NCBI GenBank assembly: GCA_004554585.1
Contig: SFLH01000008.1
Span: 21,178 to 85,177, forward strand
Origin: Clostridiales bacterium
Lineage (GTDB): Bacteria > Bacillota > Clostridia > Oscillospirales > Oscillospiraceae
Direction: 5' to 3'
Length of the DNA stretch: 64,000 nucleotides
The notes under the pieces were generated by a model that ran no database searches, was not told the DNA's origin, and saw only the letters and a list, made by a program, of their open reading frames with translations. The position numbers and the translations under genes are program-made. This document shows, in pieces, positions 53,371 through 63,600 of the stretch. Position 1 is the stretch's first letter. Every line of letters begins with the position of its first letter.

Positions 53371-53678
53371 CAGGCGTTGATCTTCTTGATCTCGACCTTG
53401 GTGTAGGGCTGACGATGGCCCTGACGCAGACGATAACCCTTCTTGGGCTTGTACTTAAAGATGACGACCTTCTTGCCCTTGCCGTTCTTCACCACGGAGG
53501 CGTCCACGCTGGCACCCTCCACCAGGGGAGCGCCGAACTTGGGCTCGTCCCCCAGGACGGCCAGAACCTTGTCGAACTTGACCTCGTCGCCGGCCTGCTG
53601 AGGCAGCTTCTCGATGAACAGAACGTCACCCTCGGCCACCTTATACTGCTTTCCGCCGGTCTCAATGATTGCATGCAT
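53370..53678 (-). CDS. rplU: 50S ribosomal protein L21
   Basis: [25 protein letters not shown]...[28 protein letters not shown]. Confidence 0.95.
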   Translation of the reverse strand: MHAIIETGGKQYKVAEGDVLFIEKLPQQAGDEVKFDKVLAVLGDEPKFGAPLVEGASVDASVVKNGKGKKVVIFKYKPKKGYRLRQGHRQPYTKVEIKKINA

Positions 53679-53780
53679 TGCTCTTGCACCTCTTTCCTTA
53701 ATTACGGGCTCGCTGTCGGGGGCGAGGCACGGGCGGGTTTTCGCCCGACCTGCTTATGACCCATTCAAAGCGGCTTTGAA

Positions 53781-53809
53781 ATTATAACAGCCAGCAGCGG
53801 GAAAGTCAA
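53781..53809 (-). promoter_or_regulatory. consensus sigma-A promoter of rplU-prp-rpmA, followed by a structured ~95-nt leader
   Basis: Minus strand: TTGACT (53809-53804), 17 nt, TATAAT (53786-53781). The leader contains GGGCG AAAACC CGCCC. Confidence 0.5.
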
Positions 53810-53832
53810 GGGAAATCCACAGAATATTTCCC

Positions 53833-54924
53833 CTATTTCAGTTCCCCCCGGTACCACCCGGTGGCGCCGTCCTTTTTGGCCAGCGCCCCCCGGCTGGTGC
53901 GCCGGACGATGGCCAGCCGCTCCCCCGCCTTCACCGGCAGCAGGTAGTCGGTGGAGTCCAGGCAGTAGGTCCCCTGGGGGCCCTGGCGGAGGTAATCGGT
54001 GAGAATGTCCAGTTCCCTGCCGGTCTCCCGGTGGCGGCAGCGGGAGAACTCCTCCCCCAGCTCCAGCACTTCTACCTCACTGTGCCCCCAGCGGATGTTC
54101 AAGGGGTCCGCCGAGGGAGCCTGGTCGTCCTGGGCGGTCATCACCGGGAAGCCGTCGTAGGCCACGTAGGCGAAGTCCTCCCCCGGCCCTTGGGGCAGGA
54201 TGAGGGCATTGAGCTGGCCGTCGGCCTTCAGGGAGCAGCCCCCGTCGATGCTGGCGATGTGCCGCTGGGGCAGGATGAGGGGCTTTGCCGAGGGGATGTC
54301 CGGCCGGTAGAGGGTCACCGGCCAGTGACCCACCACCACCCAGCGGCGGAAATTCCGTCCCTGGCTGAGGAAGTCGTCGTTTTTCATGCACTGCCGGGCC
54401 ACCAACTGTTCCAGGCCGTCCTCCCGAGGCACGCCCCCGTGGACAAAGAGATAATCGTCGTGCAGGAGGATGGTGGGCATGGCCCGGAGAAAGGCCAGTT
54501 CCTCTGGGAACCGTTTCTCGATGGCCTGGCGGGCGGCGGCAAAGTCCTTGGGACTGCTCACGTCGATGCCCGCCTGGTGGGCCATGGACACCCAGGCGCA
54601 CTTCTCCCCCCAGAAGGCCCCGTACTTGGCCGCAATCTCATCGGGCCAGGCGCCGCTGAGAAAGCCCAGGGTCACATCGTCGCAATTGCCCTGGACGAAA
54701 TGGATGGTGTACCGCTTCCGCAGATCCATCAGGTAGCGCAGGGTCTCCAGCCCACCGGTGGATTTCTCCAAAATATCCCCCAGCACAATGAGGACATCAT
54801 CCCCGGAAAACCCCACTTTTTTCAGCAGCCCTTGGAGGAAGGGCAGGTTGCCGTGGATATCGCTGATCACCAGCACCCGCCGGTCTTTGGGCAGCGCCAG
54901 GGGGCGCACCACCGCGTTTGCCAT
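53833..54924 (-). CDS. calcineurin-like metallophosphoesterase with extra C-terminal domain
   Basis: VISDIHGN, GDILEKS, GNCD, VHGG motifs. 363 aa. Confidence 0.8.
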   Translation of the reverse strand: MANAVVRPLALPKDRRVLVISDIHGNLPFLQGLLKKVGFSGDDVLIVLGDILEKSTGGLETLRYLMDLRKRYTIHFVQGNCDDVTLGFLSGAWPDEIAAKYGAFWGEKCAWVSMAHQAGIDVSSPKDFAAARQAIEKRFPEELAFLRAMPTILLHDDYLFVHGGVPREDGLEQLVARQCMKNDDFLSQGRNFRRWVVVGHWPVTLYRPDIPSAKPLILPQRHIASIDGGCSLKADGQLNALILPQGPGEDFAYVAYDGFPVMTAQDDQAPSADPLNIRWGHSEVEVLELGEEFSRCRHRETGRELDILTDYLRQGPQGTYCLDSTDYLLPVKAGERLAIVRRTSRGALAKKDGATGWYRGELK

Positions 54925-54928
54925 GGTC

Positions 54929-55873
54929 TCAGCCCACCTTGGCTTCCAGGGCCACCCAGCCGTTCTTCTCCCGGCGGCGGGTCACCTGCAGGCCCGCTTC
55001 TTTCAGGGCGGCGGCCACCTCGTCAGCCCGGGTGTCGATGATCCCCGAGCACAGGAAGGTCCCTTCCTCCGCCAGCAGCCGGGGGACCACCGGGGCCAGG
55101 GGAATGATCACGTCGGCCACGATGTTGGCCAGCACCAGCCCCGCCTTCTCCTGGGCCAGTTCCTCCACCAGGCTCCGGTCGCTGATGACATTGCCCGCCA
55201 GGAAGCGGCACTGGTCTCGGCCGATGCCGTTGAGGGCGGCGTTTTCATAGGCCACGTCCACCGCCTTGGGGTCGATGTCCACCCCGGTGGCGTGGCTGGC
55301 CCCCAGGCACAGGGCGGCCACAGCCAGGATGCCGCTGCCGCAGCCCAGGTCCAGCATCCTCTCCCCGGGCCGAAGCACTTCCTGGATGCCCTCCAGGCAC
55401 AGCTGAGTGGAAGCGTGGGAGCCGGTGCCGAAGGTCAGGCCGGGATTCATCAGCAGCCGGACCGCCCCCTCAGGGAGCTGCACGGTGTCCCGCTCCCACT
55501 CGGGCACGATCCAGAGCCTGGCCCCCACGGCCAGGGGCCGGTAGTATTTCTGCCAGCTGTGGGCCCAGTCGTACTCCCGCAGGGGCACGGTGGTGTAGGG
55601 CAGGTTGACCCCCTGCAGATAGCCCGCCAGCTGCTGTTTGCCGTCGGCGTCGTCGGTGACGTAGAGCTTGATCCGGGAGACCCCTTTCATCCGCTCCAGC
55701 AGCTCGTCGTCCACGTAGTCCCAATACTGGCGGTTCTCCTCCAGGAAGGCACGAAACTCCTCCTCTTCCTCCACCACCAGGCCGGGCACCCCGTTGGCGA
55801 TGAGCTGGGCGCTCACCTGGTCCAGTTCTTCGGCCTTCACGTTCAGGCTGACCTCCAGCCACACACTGTCCAT
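54929..55873 (-). CDS. prmA: ribosomal protein L11 methyltransferase
   Basis: MDSVWLEVSLNV...LMNPGLTFGTGSHASTQLCL...LDLGCGSGILAVAA. GGAGGA SD 7 nt before ATG 55873. Confidence 0.9.
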   Translation of the reverse strand: MDSVWLEVSLNVKAEELDQVSAQLIANGVPGLVVEEEEEFRAFLEENRQYWDYVDDELLERMKGVSRIKLYVTDDADGKQQLAGYLQGVNLPYTTVPLREYDWAHSWQKYYRPLAVGARLWIVPEWERDTVQLPEGAVRLLMNPGLTFGTGSHASTQLCLEGIQEVLRPGERMLDLGCGSGILAVAALCLGASHATGVDIDPKAVDVAYENAALNGIGRDQCRFLAGNVISDRSLVEELAQEKAGLVLANIVADVIIPLAPVVPRLLAEEGTFLCSGIIDTRADEVAAALKEAGLQVTRRREKNGWVALEAKVG

Positions 55874-55947
55874 GTCCATTCCTCCTCTTGCGGAAACTTC
55901 TCACTGCTCACCATCTTATCATGCTTTCTCCCCCCGCGCAACACGCA

Positions 55948-55980
55948 GAAAATGCCCACCGCTTTGGCGGTGGGCATTTC
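55948..55980 (-). terminator. terminator after the thiolase gene
   Basis: GAAAATGCCCACCGC / GCGGTGGGCATTTC. On the minus strand it is followed by TTTTCT. Confidence 0.6.
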
Positions 55981-56023
55981 TGACCGGATGAAACCTCCGG
56001 CGGGGATGATGCACTTGTCCGGC

Positions 56024-57253
56024 TCAGTCGACCTTTCTGGTCCACAGGGAAGCCATGGCGGGGCCGCCGCCCACGCACAGGGAGGCGCCGCCCACGGTAG
56101 CGCCGCGGCGCTCCATTTCATACAGCATGGAGACGATGATCCGCAGGCCGGTGCAGCCGATGGGGTGACCCAGGGAGATGCCGGAGCCGTTGGCGTTGGT
56201 CTTCTCCAGGTCGACCTCCCAGCCGTGCTCCTCCTTCAGCTTGCGGCCGACACCCAGGAACTGGGCAGCGAAGGCCTCGTTGATCTCCCAATAGTCCACG
56301 TCGTTGAAGTCCATGCCGGCCTGCTTCAGGCACTTGGGAATGGCATAGGCGGGGCCGATGCCCATATACTTGGGCTCCACGCCGGCAGAGCAGATGTTGA
56401 TGAGCTTGGCCATGGGCTTCAGACCCAGCTCCTTGGCCTTCTCGGCAGACATGATGATCACGGCGGCAGCAGCGTCGTTGATGCCGGAGGCGTTGGCAGC
56501 GGTGGTCACACCGTCGGGGGTGAAGACGGCCTTCATCTTGGAGATGGTCTCATAGCTGCAGTTGCGGATGGGGTGCTCATCGGTGTCGATGACGATGTCG
56601 CCCTTCTTCTTGTTGTGGATGACCACAGGGACGATCTCATCCTTGAACTTGCCGGCGTCGATGGCGGCGCAGGCGCGGTTGTGGCTGATGACGGCCAGCT
56701 CGTCGCACTCCTGGCGGGAGACGTTGCAGAGCTTGGCCACGTTGTCGGCGGTCACGCCCATGTGGCCGGGGACCAGGGCGTCGTACAGGGCGTCGTGGAT
56801 CAGGCTGTCGTACAGCTCAGCGCCGCCCTCGGTGGGGATGCCGCCCATGCGGTAGCCCATACGAGCCTTGGGCAGCAGGAAGGGAGCCTGGGTCATGTTC
56901 TCCACGCCCACGACCAGACCGATGTCGGTCTTGCCCAGCATGATGTTGTGGCAGGCGATCTCCATGGCACGCATACCGGAGGCGCAGTTCTGGTTGACGG
57001 TGACAGCGCTGCTCTCCACGGGCAGGCCGATCCGCATGGAAACCTGACGGGCGGGCAGGGAGCCCTGCATGCCCAGATAGCACTCACCCATGACCATTTC
57101 GTCGATGGTGTTGATGTCGATGCCGGCGCGGCGGATGGCTTCCTTGCCGGCGGTGATGGCGAGATCTCTGGCGGAAACGTCCTTGAACTGCCCCTGGAAC
57201 TTACCAATGGCGGTACGGCAGGCGCTAACGATAACTACATCTCTCGGTTGCAT
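56024..57253 (-). CDS. acetyl-CoA C-acetyltransferase (thiolase II)
   Basis: ...VIVSACRTAIGKFQG...VNQNCASGMRAMEIA...NANGSGISLGHPIGCTGLRI...GGASLCVGGGPAMA. Confidence 0.95.
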   Translation of the reverse strand: MQPRDVVIVSACRTAIGKFQGQFKDVSARDLAITAGKEAIRRAGIDINTIDEMVMGECYLGMQGSLPARQVSMRIGLPVESSAVTVNQNCASGMRAMEIACHNIMLGKTDIGLVVGVENMTQAPFLLPKARMGYRMGGIPTEGGAELYDSLIHDALYDALVPGHMGVTADNVAKLCNVSRQECDELAVISHNRACAAIDAGKFKDEIVPVVIHNKKKGDIVIDTDEHPIRNCSYETISKMKAVFTPDGVTTAANASGINDAAAAVIIMSAEKAKELGLKPMAKLINICSAGVEPKYMGIGPAYAIPKCLKQAGMDFNDVDYWEINEAFAAQFLGVGRKLKEEHGWEVDLEKTNANGSGISLGHPIGCTGLRIIVSMLYEMERRGATVGGASLCVGGGPAMASLWTRKVD

Positions 57254-57577
57254 TTGAGGTATCCTCCTGTACTGTCTTGTATTTGTTCATTTTATACTAA
57301 AATGCGCTGATCCATGTCATAGGGTAGCTATATTATACACCGAAAAGGGCACTTGTCAAGGCAAAGTCCGAAAAACAGTCTATTTTTTTCTGGTACTTTT
57401 GCAGGGGTTACTATTGAATTCGTAGTGCAAAATGTGTATAATATCAGAAAATCACAAACGCGCCCTGGAAGACGTGCAGCAACTCCGTCATTTCCAGGGG
57501 CGGAAAGGCCGGCCGAGCCGGCCGGAAAGGAGGCGGCGGTCATCAGCAGGATCCCAGAAAACTGGCATGACGCGGCC

Positions 57578-58714
57578 ATGAACTTCTCCCTGGACCTGGC
57601 CAGGGACAGCGAAAACTTTCCCAAAAAGGTACTGGCACTCTTTGACAAACACTTCGGTTTCCGGCGCAGCATCTTCTTTCCCTATCACTACCCCGTCTTT
57701 CCCGGCAGCCAGGCCCGCCGGGGCAACAGCCTGAGCAACTACATCACCTATGGCATCCGCTACGGTCCCATGTATGATTACAAGGACCACATATATAAGG
57801 ACGATATCTTTCGCTATTCCTCCCTGCCCGCCCATCTGAAGGGCAAGCGGGTGATCTTTACCGAGGACGTTATGGCCCTGGATGAGTACGAGCACACCCC
57901 CTATGGCATCCACATGGCCGCGGAGAACCTGTACTACCAGGCCGTCCTCTTCTTCTTCCTGGGGGACCGGGTCATCGGCTCCATGGGCCTGTTCCGCACC
58001 AAGGAGGAGGGCGGGTTCCGGGAGGAGGAGCGGGGCCTGCTGGATTACCTGGCCGAGCTGGTGGAGGCCAACTACCAGAACTACCTGCGCCACAGCGGCG
58101 AGGCCCGGTTCCAGGACAGCTTCCACCTGTTTTTCCAGGACGTGAAGATGGGGGCGGTGGTCCTCAACCAGGACATGACCGTGATGCAGACCAACAAGGC
58201 CGCCCAGGAGATCAGCCAGGTCTTTTGGGAGCAGTACCGCCACAACCAGGGCCATTTCCTGCGCAGCAACTACCAGGGCGACCCTAAGTTCCGGGAGGTG
58301 CAGACCATGATCAACGAGATCAGCGAGCGCCTGACCACCCAGGGGGGCACCAGCCAGACCATCACCTCCCTGGCCGGAGACATCACCTTCTACCACACTT
58401 CCTTCCTCTCCTCCAGCGCCGCCGGGCTCATCCAGACCTGGCACCTGATGCTCATCACCTGCCAGACCAAGGAACTGCCCAAAAACATCGACCACCCCTA
58501 CAACAGCCTGACCCAGCAGGAGCGGCGGATCGTGTACTACCTGGCCTCGGGGATGAAGAACGAACAGATCGCCGAGGAGCTGCACATCAGCATCTACACC
58601 GTGCGCACCCACATCGCCAACATTTATAAAAAGTTTGAGGTGAACAACAAGGTGGATCTGCTCATGCACCTGCAGCCCATCTTGAAGGACACGGCCTCCA
58701 CAGCCACGCCCTGA
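57578..58714 (+). CDS. LuxR-family transcriptional regulator with N-terminal sensory (GAF/PAS-like) region; start uncertain (in-frame ATC 57542 after GGAGG is an alternative)
   Basis: C-terminal LTQQERRIVYYLASGMKNEQIAEELHISIYTVRTHIANIYKKFEV. ATG 57578 has no SD. Confidence 0.75.
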   Translation: MNFSLDLARDSENFPKKVLALFDKHFGFRRSIFFPYHYPVFPGSQARRGNSLSNYITYGIRYGPMYDYKDHIYKDDIFRYSSLPAHLKGKRVIFTEDVMALDEYEHTPYGIHMAAENLYYQAVLFFFLGDRVIGSMGLFRTKEEGGFREEERGLLDYLAELVEANYQNYLRHSGEARFQDSFHLFFQDVKMGAVVLNQDMTVMQTNKAAQEISQVFWEQYRHNQGHFLRSNYQGDPKFREVQTMINEISERLTTQGGTSQTITSLAGDITFYHTSFLSSSAAGLIQTWHLMLITCQTKELPKNIDHPYNSLTQQERRIVYYLASGMKNEQIAEELHISIYTVRTHIANIYKKFEVNNKVDLLMHLQPILKDTASTATP

Positions 58715-58718
58715 ATGC

Positions 58719-58761
58719 ACCAGCGCCTGCCGGCAAGCCGGCAGGCGCTGGTTTCTTTTTC
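58719..58761 (+). terminator. rho-independent terminator
   Basis: ACCAGCGCCTGCCGG CAAG CCGGCAGGCGCTGGT followed by TTCTTTTTC. Confidence 0.65.
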
Positions 58762-58781
58762 TCTCTGTTCGGTTGGCTGCC

Positions 58782-60197
58782 TCATGCGCGCAGGCGGTAG
58801 CCTCGCCCGGCCCGAACCACCAAGTCCCGGCCCACCAGCTGGTCCAGGGCCCCTTGGATCTCCTCCTCGGACAGACCCAGCCCCTGGGCCAAGGTCTTCA
58901 CACCGGCGGTGACGTGGTCGGTGAGGTACTCGATCACCTGCTGCCGGGTCAGCTCCTCGGCGGAAAACTCCCGGGGCGGCAGGGGAAGGGACAGATCGGT
59001 GCGGTCGGCGGAGAAGGTCTCCGACAAAACCGGCGGCCGCCAGCCCCGGCGATCCCAGAGGGAATAGATCCCCCGCAGGCCCTTGCCAGTGCCCGTGGCC
59101 AGCTTCACCAGGGAGAAGAGTTGGATGAGCCCCCGGTTCCGGGGGTCTGCGGCCTGCCCGGCCCTGGCCTGGTCTGGGGAGACCCGCAGCAGGCCGCCGT
59201 TGGACACCAGCAGCTCCCCCGCCCGGCGGCGGATGGTCAGGCCACCCCGGCAGAAGTAGTCGGCGTGGAGAATGGCGTTGAGCACCGCCTCCCGCATGGC
59301 CCCGGCCAGCTCCTCCCGCTCCCGCGGGGTCTGAGCCAGCAGGGCGGAGACGGCGGTGAGCCGGTGGGACACCATCATATAAAAGGAAAAGACGTTCTCC
59401 GGCGCCCCGGGCCGGATGGTGGCCAGGCGGAAGCCCGTGTCCTCCTCCTGGTATTCCAGCCGGAACTGGGGAAAGACCTCCCGCAGGGCCTTTCGCTTGC
59501 CCAGCAGCAGCAGGCCGGCCAGGGTGGGATGGAGCCCCTCCGGCCCCGTGATCCCCACGGCGGGCAGGAAGCGCTCGTCGGGGAGGTAGTTGCCGGGGTG
59601 GTCCGGCTGGCGCATGGCCATGAGCAGGCGGAACTGCCGCAGGGTGTCTGAGGACAGGTCGCTTCGGTTTCGGCCGGAGAGCACCGCCAAGTCGGCGGGG
59701 GCATCGTCCCGGTCCCGGAGCATGGCCCGCACCTCGTCGGCGGAGCAGTGGTAATCCCCCTCCCCGTCCCGGCGGTAGGAGCCGGTGAAGGGACTGTCCC
59801 CTATGTACACCGGCCGCTGGCGGCGGGTGGCCCGGGGCACGGAGATCACCAGGATCTCCTTCCCCTCCACCTGGTGCAGGGCCACGTCCTCGGGGCGCAG
59901 GATGTTCTGGCTGACCTTGGCCGGGTCCTGGACGGTCTGCCAGAAGACGCGGGCATAGCCCGGCCCGTCCGGCACGCCGGTGATCCGCAGGCTTTTGTCC
60001 GCCCTCTCCTCCACCCCCAGGAGGATGAGGCCCCCGATGGTGTTGGCGAAAGCGGAGTAGGTCTCCCACAGGCTGTGGGGAAAGCCGCCGGCGGCCTTTT
60101 TGGCCTCGATGCGGTTGTTCTCCTGATAGGAGGCGATGTTGTTCAGATCGATCACGGGCGCCGCCCTCCTCCCGATGGCCCACAGGCCGCCGGTCAT
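58782..60197 (-). CDS. AlbA_2 (Schlafen-like) DNA-binding domain + HATPase_c_4-like + winged-helix protein (putative transcriptional regulator)
   Basis: ...NRIEAKKAAGGFPHSLWETYSAFANTIGGLILLGVEE... (AlbA_2 pattern), ...REAVLNAILHADY...RNRGLIQLF... ATG 60197 chosen; the track start at 60239 is a GTG. Confidence 0.7.
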   Translation of the reverse strand: MTGGLWAIGRRAAPVIDLNNIASYQENNRIEAKKAAGGFPHSLWETYSAFANTIGGLILLGVEERADKSLRITGVPDGPGYARVFWQTVQDPAKVSQNILRPEDVALHQVEGKEILVISVPRATRRQRPVYIGDSPFTGSYRRDGEGDYHCSADEVRAMLRDRDDAPADLAVLSGRNRSDLSSDTLRQFRLLMAMRQPDHPGNYLPDERFLPAVGITGPEGLHPTLAGLLLLGKRKALREVFPQFRLEYQEEDTGFRLATIRPGAPENVFSFYMMVSHRLTAVSALLAQTPREREELAGAMREAVLNAILHADYFCRGGLTIRRRAGELLVSNGGLLRVSPDQARAGQAADPRNRGLIQLFSLVKLATGTGKGLRGIYSLWDRRGWRPPVLSETFSADRTDLSLPLPPREFSAEELTRQQVIEYLTDHVTAGVKTLAQGLGLSEEEIQGALDQLVGRDLVVRAGRGYRLRA

Positions 60198-60204
60198 TTT
60201 CTCT

Positions 60205-60233
60205 ATTATAGGAAACCCCTCCCCCCTTGTCAA
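60205..60233 (-). promoter_or_regulatory. consensus sigma-A promoter placed for a leaderless transcript
   Basis: Minus strand: TTGACA (60233-60228), 17 nt, TATAAT (60210-60205), then 7 nt to ATG 60197. Confidence 0.45.
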
Positions 60234-60368
60234 ACACACCCCGCCGGCCCTTCCGCCCCCGTTCTGGGCGGCTTTCGGGGGAGATGGGTGAAAAAAACGA
60301 AATTTTTGAAAAATTCCCTTGACAAATCCGCTTCCATGGCGTAGAATAACACTCGCTCCGCAAGAGAT

Positions 60369-60445
60369 GGACGATTAGCTCAGCTGGTATGAGCATCCGC
60401 TTGACGTGCGGGAGGTCACAGGTTCAAGTCCTGTATCGTCCACCA
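60369..60445 (+). tRNA. tRNA-Val (anticodon GAC), CCA encoded
   Basis: Hand-folded cloverleaf. Acceptor GGACGAT/ATCGTCC, D arm GCTC..GAGC, anticodon stem TCCGC/GCGGG with loop TTGACGT, T arm ACAGG TTCAAGT CCTGT, then ACCA. Confidence 0.9.
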
Positions 60446-60489
60446 AACGCCCGGAAACCGATGGTTTCCGGGCGTTTTCCTTTTTCTTT
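60446..60489 (+). terminator. rho-independent terminator after the tRNA
   Basis: AACGCCCGGAAACC GATG GTTTCCGGGCGTT followed by TTCCTTTTTCTTT. Confidence 0.65.
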
Positions 60490-60524
60490 GTTGGGCGGAA
60501 GGTGGGGATTCCTAAGGTTTTTGG

Positions 60525-60553
60525 TTGCAATTTTCTGGAAAAGATGATATACT
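60525..60553 (+). promoter_or_regulatory. sigma-A-like promoter of the large surface-protein gene
   Basis: TTGCAA (60525-60530), 17 nt, TATACT (60548-60553). Confidence 0.45.
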
Positions 60554-60689
60554 TTTTATACCTTAATTTCCGCAAAAGGAAATACCATCGTCAAAGGGGG
60601 TACCCCCTTTGACGCGGACGGCTTAGCCGTCCGCGTCAAAACTCACCGGCGGGCCCCCGGCAGACACGGAGAAAGAAAAGGAGGACTGT

Positions 60690-63600
60690 ATGAAAAAACG
60701 AGTATTGGGACTCATTATGGCCCTAGCCATGGCATTGTCATTATTTCCAATGACGGCGTTGGCTGTTCCAATGGATGAAGCATGGATTGATCATGCAGAC
60801 ACCAATTGGTACTCCAACAACAACTCTGCCAGTGAATTTACGATTTCCACCGCCGCCCAGCTGGCTGGACTGGCTCAGCTGGTAAACGAAGGCAACAACT
60901 TCAGCGGGAAAACCATTACCCTTGGGGCCAACATCGACCTGGCCGGCAAGGAGTGGACCCCCATTGGGACCAGCGGGAAGCCGTTCAGTGGTACCTTCGA
61001 TGGCAAAAACTTCATCATTTATAACCTTGTCATCACCAACCCTTCCGCCAGTGATGTAGGCTTGTTTGGCTATACCACAAAAGGTGAAATCAAAGAGTTT
61101 ACTCTAAAGAACGCAAAAGTAACAGGCTACCTCGATGTCGGCGCTGTTTGTGGAACCCCTTATACGTCCAAATATACAAATATCTCTGTAACCGGACTGA
61201 TTCAGATCAAAGGTTTTGCCTACGTTGGTGGTGCACTGGGTAAAAACGCCTATGCTAATATTACCAATGTGGATATTAACGCAACTGCTGGTAGCTATGT
61301 GATGGCAGATAGTGTGGATGGTTCCACTGCTTATCGCACCTATGTCGGCGGACTCATTGGCTTTATGGGGGAGGGCTCTCATAGCGTCTCTAATTGCGAT
61401 GTGAAAATTGATGTTATCGGCTCCACCTGCGATGTCGGCGGTATTCTTGGTATCCTTCACTATGGCAATACACTGACCAACTGCACCTATGCAGGAAGCC
61501 TAACCCTCACCAATCCGGATGCAGATTCCGGAGATGAATTTGGCGCATTGGTGGGTGTTATACATAACGGTGGCAGTTCCAGCACAATGACGAAGATTTC
61601 CGATTGCAGTGCTACAGTGAGCAAGGCACTTTGGGGCAACGAGGATGTCACTAGCACAATCATGCCATACGGTGACTTTTACAATGAGGTAAGCAGCACC
61701 AATAACATAGGTACAGTTTCTGTCAATGCAACAGTCAACGGAAACACCATAATCACCGACAATAATGTCGCTACCTGCAACAATATCGGCTACAAAAGCC
61801 TCTCTGCAGCTATTACTGCAGCAAACAGTGTCCAGGATACCAGCAGCAGCCCTATCACGGTAGAAATTACGAAATCCGGCAACTACGATCCTTTTACCAT
61901 TACCCGGGCAAATGTCACTGTCCAGGCTAAGGAAGGCGTGACTGCCACCATTAACATTAGCGAAAATAAGGCAGGTAATGTTAACGCTGGCAACGTCACA
62001 CTAAAGAATATCGAGTTTGTCTCTAAGGATGGCACTACCATCTTTAGCGGCGGCAGCTGCGACAAGCTGAAACTGGACGGCTGTACCTTTACGGGCAATG
62101 GCACCGGCACCGCGCTCTATATTCATCAGCCCAACATCACCATAAAAGGCTGCACCTTCCAGAATTTTGAGCGGGGCTATTACACTTGCGGCGACAACCA
62201 CGCCGCAGGCGCAATGACCTTTACCCGCAACACCTTTACCAATGTCCGCGTGCCCATTGACGGGTATTGGGGTAAACCTGCAACGGATGATACCAATATT
62301 CAGATTACTAACAACACCTTTAATTCCGGAGATTGGGATGCCGCTTACATCCAGCTGTGGGACTACGCTCAGTATCAGTACTGGCTGAAGGGTAACAGCT
62401 CTACATTGAATCCTGCGGGAAAATCTGCTATTAATGCTACAATTGAAAACAACACCTATCAGGGCAATGTGGTCATCTATGCCACCCACTTCGACTGGTT
62501 CAGCGAGTCCAAACTTACGTTGGGCAAAACCTCTAACGCGCTCGTAAAGTACCGCTATCTGGTGGAACTGGAGAACGCCGCCAGCGCTACTGTCCGCAAC
62601 GCAGACGGCAGCGAGATCACAGCTTTCAATGAAAGCACTGCCTCTAGCTCTCGCAACGGCAAGACCGTAATCTACTCCATCTGTGAAGGCGACTATATTT
62701 TCGACATCAAGCCCGCCGGTTCCACAGAGGCAGTTCTTTCTCAGAAAGTAACAGTAGCAAAGCCTAAAGCAAACAGCACCAACAAAGTCACTGTTTCGGA
62801 AGACGCCGCCAATGTTGCACAGATTGGCAATCAGACATACACCTCTTTGGCCGAAGCCTTGGCCGCCGCTCAGGCTGGCGACACGGTGGAACTGCTGTCC
62901 AATGTGGAAGTTGACACCTGGAACCAGGTGTGGAACCTGCAGGGGATTACCCTGGATGGCAATGGCTACACCCTGACCATCAAGAATATTGCCAGCGGGC
63001 AGAACCATAACGCAGTGTTCCACTCCGCCGGCGGCAACACCTTCCAGGACCTGACCATTGATCTGTCCGGTTTGGAAAGCGCCTCTCTGGCCCAGGGTTC
63101 CCGGGCATTCAGTGCCGCGGCTGGAGACACCTATAAGAACATCACCATTCTGGGCAATAAGAATCTCAGCTATGGCATGACCGCCTCCGGCACCAACGTG
63201 GAAGATGAGACCATCACCATCGACGGCTGCACCTTTGAGAATTGCGGCTACGGCATCTATGACGATGAGAGCGGCGCTGTGGAAAACCTGGTCATCACCA
63301 ACTCTTCCTTCACCGGCTGTGAGTACGCCACCATCCTCCGCGGGGCAAACAGCAGCTTCACCGACAACACCGTGTCCGGCGGGCGGCTGAATGTGATGCA
63401 GGACGGCCAGACTGTGACCGGCAACACCTTCACCGACAGCTCCCTGATCAAGTTCTATGCCAACGGCGCGCAGTTCGAACAGAACAAGATCTCCCAGGAC
63501 AGCCGTCTGGACTTTGGCGATTCGTTCACCGGCCGGCTGGACGTCTCCCACAACTATTGGGGCGGCGGTGCGCCTACCGAGGAGCAGCTGGGGAGCAGCG

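Noticed and set aside
60369-60700. Genomic island or integrated element at tRNA-Val
   Set aside because: No integrase gene, no direct repeat of the tRNA 3' end and no phage or IS genes are seen within the window. Only a compositional shift in the adjacent surface-protein gene is visible.
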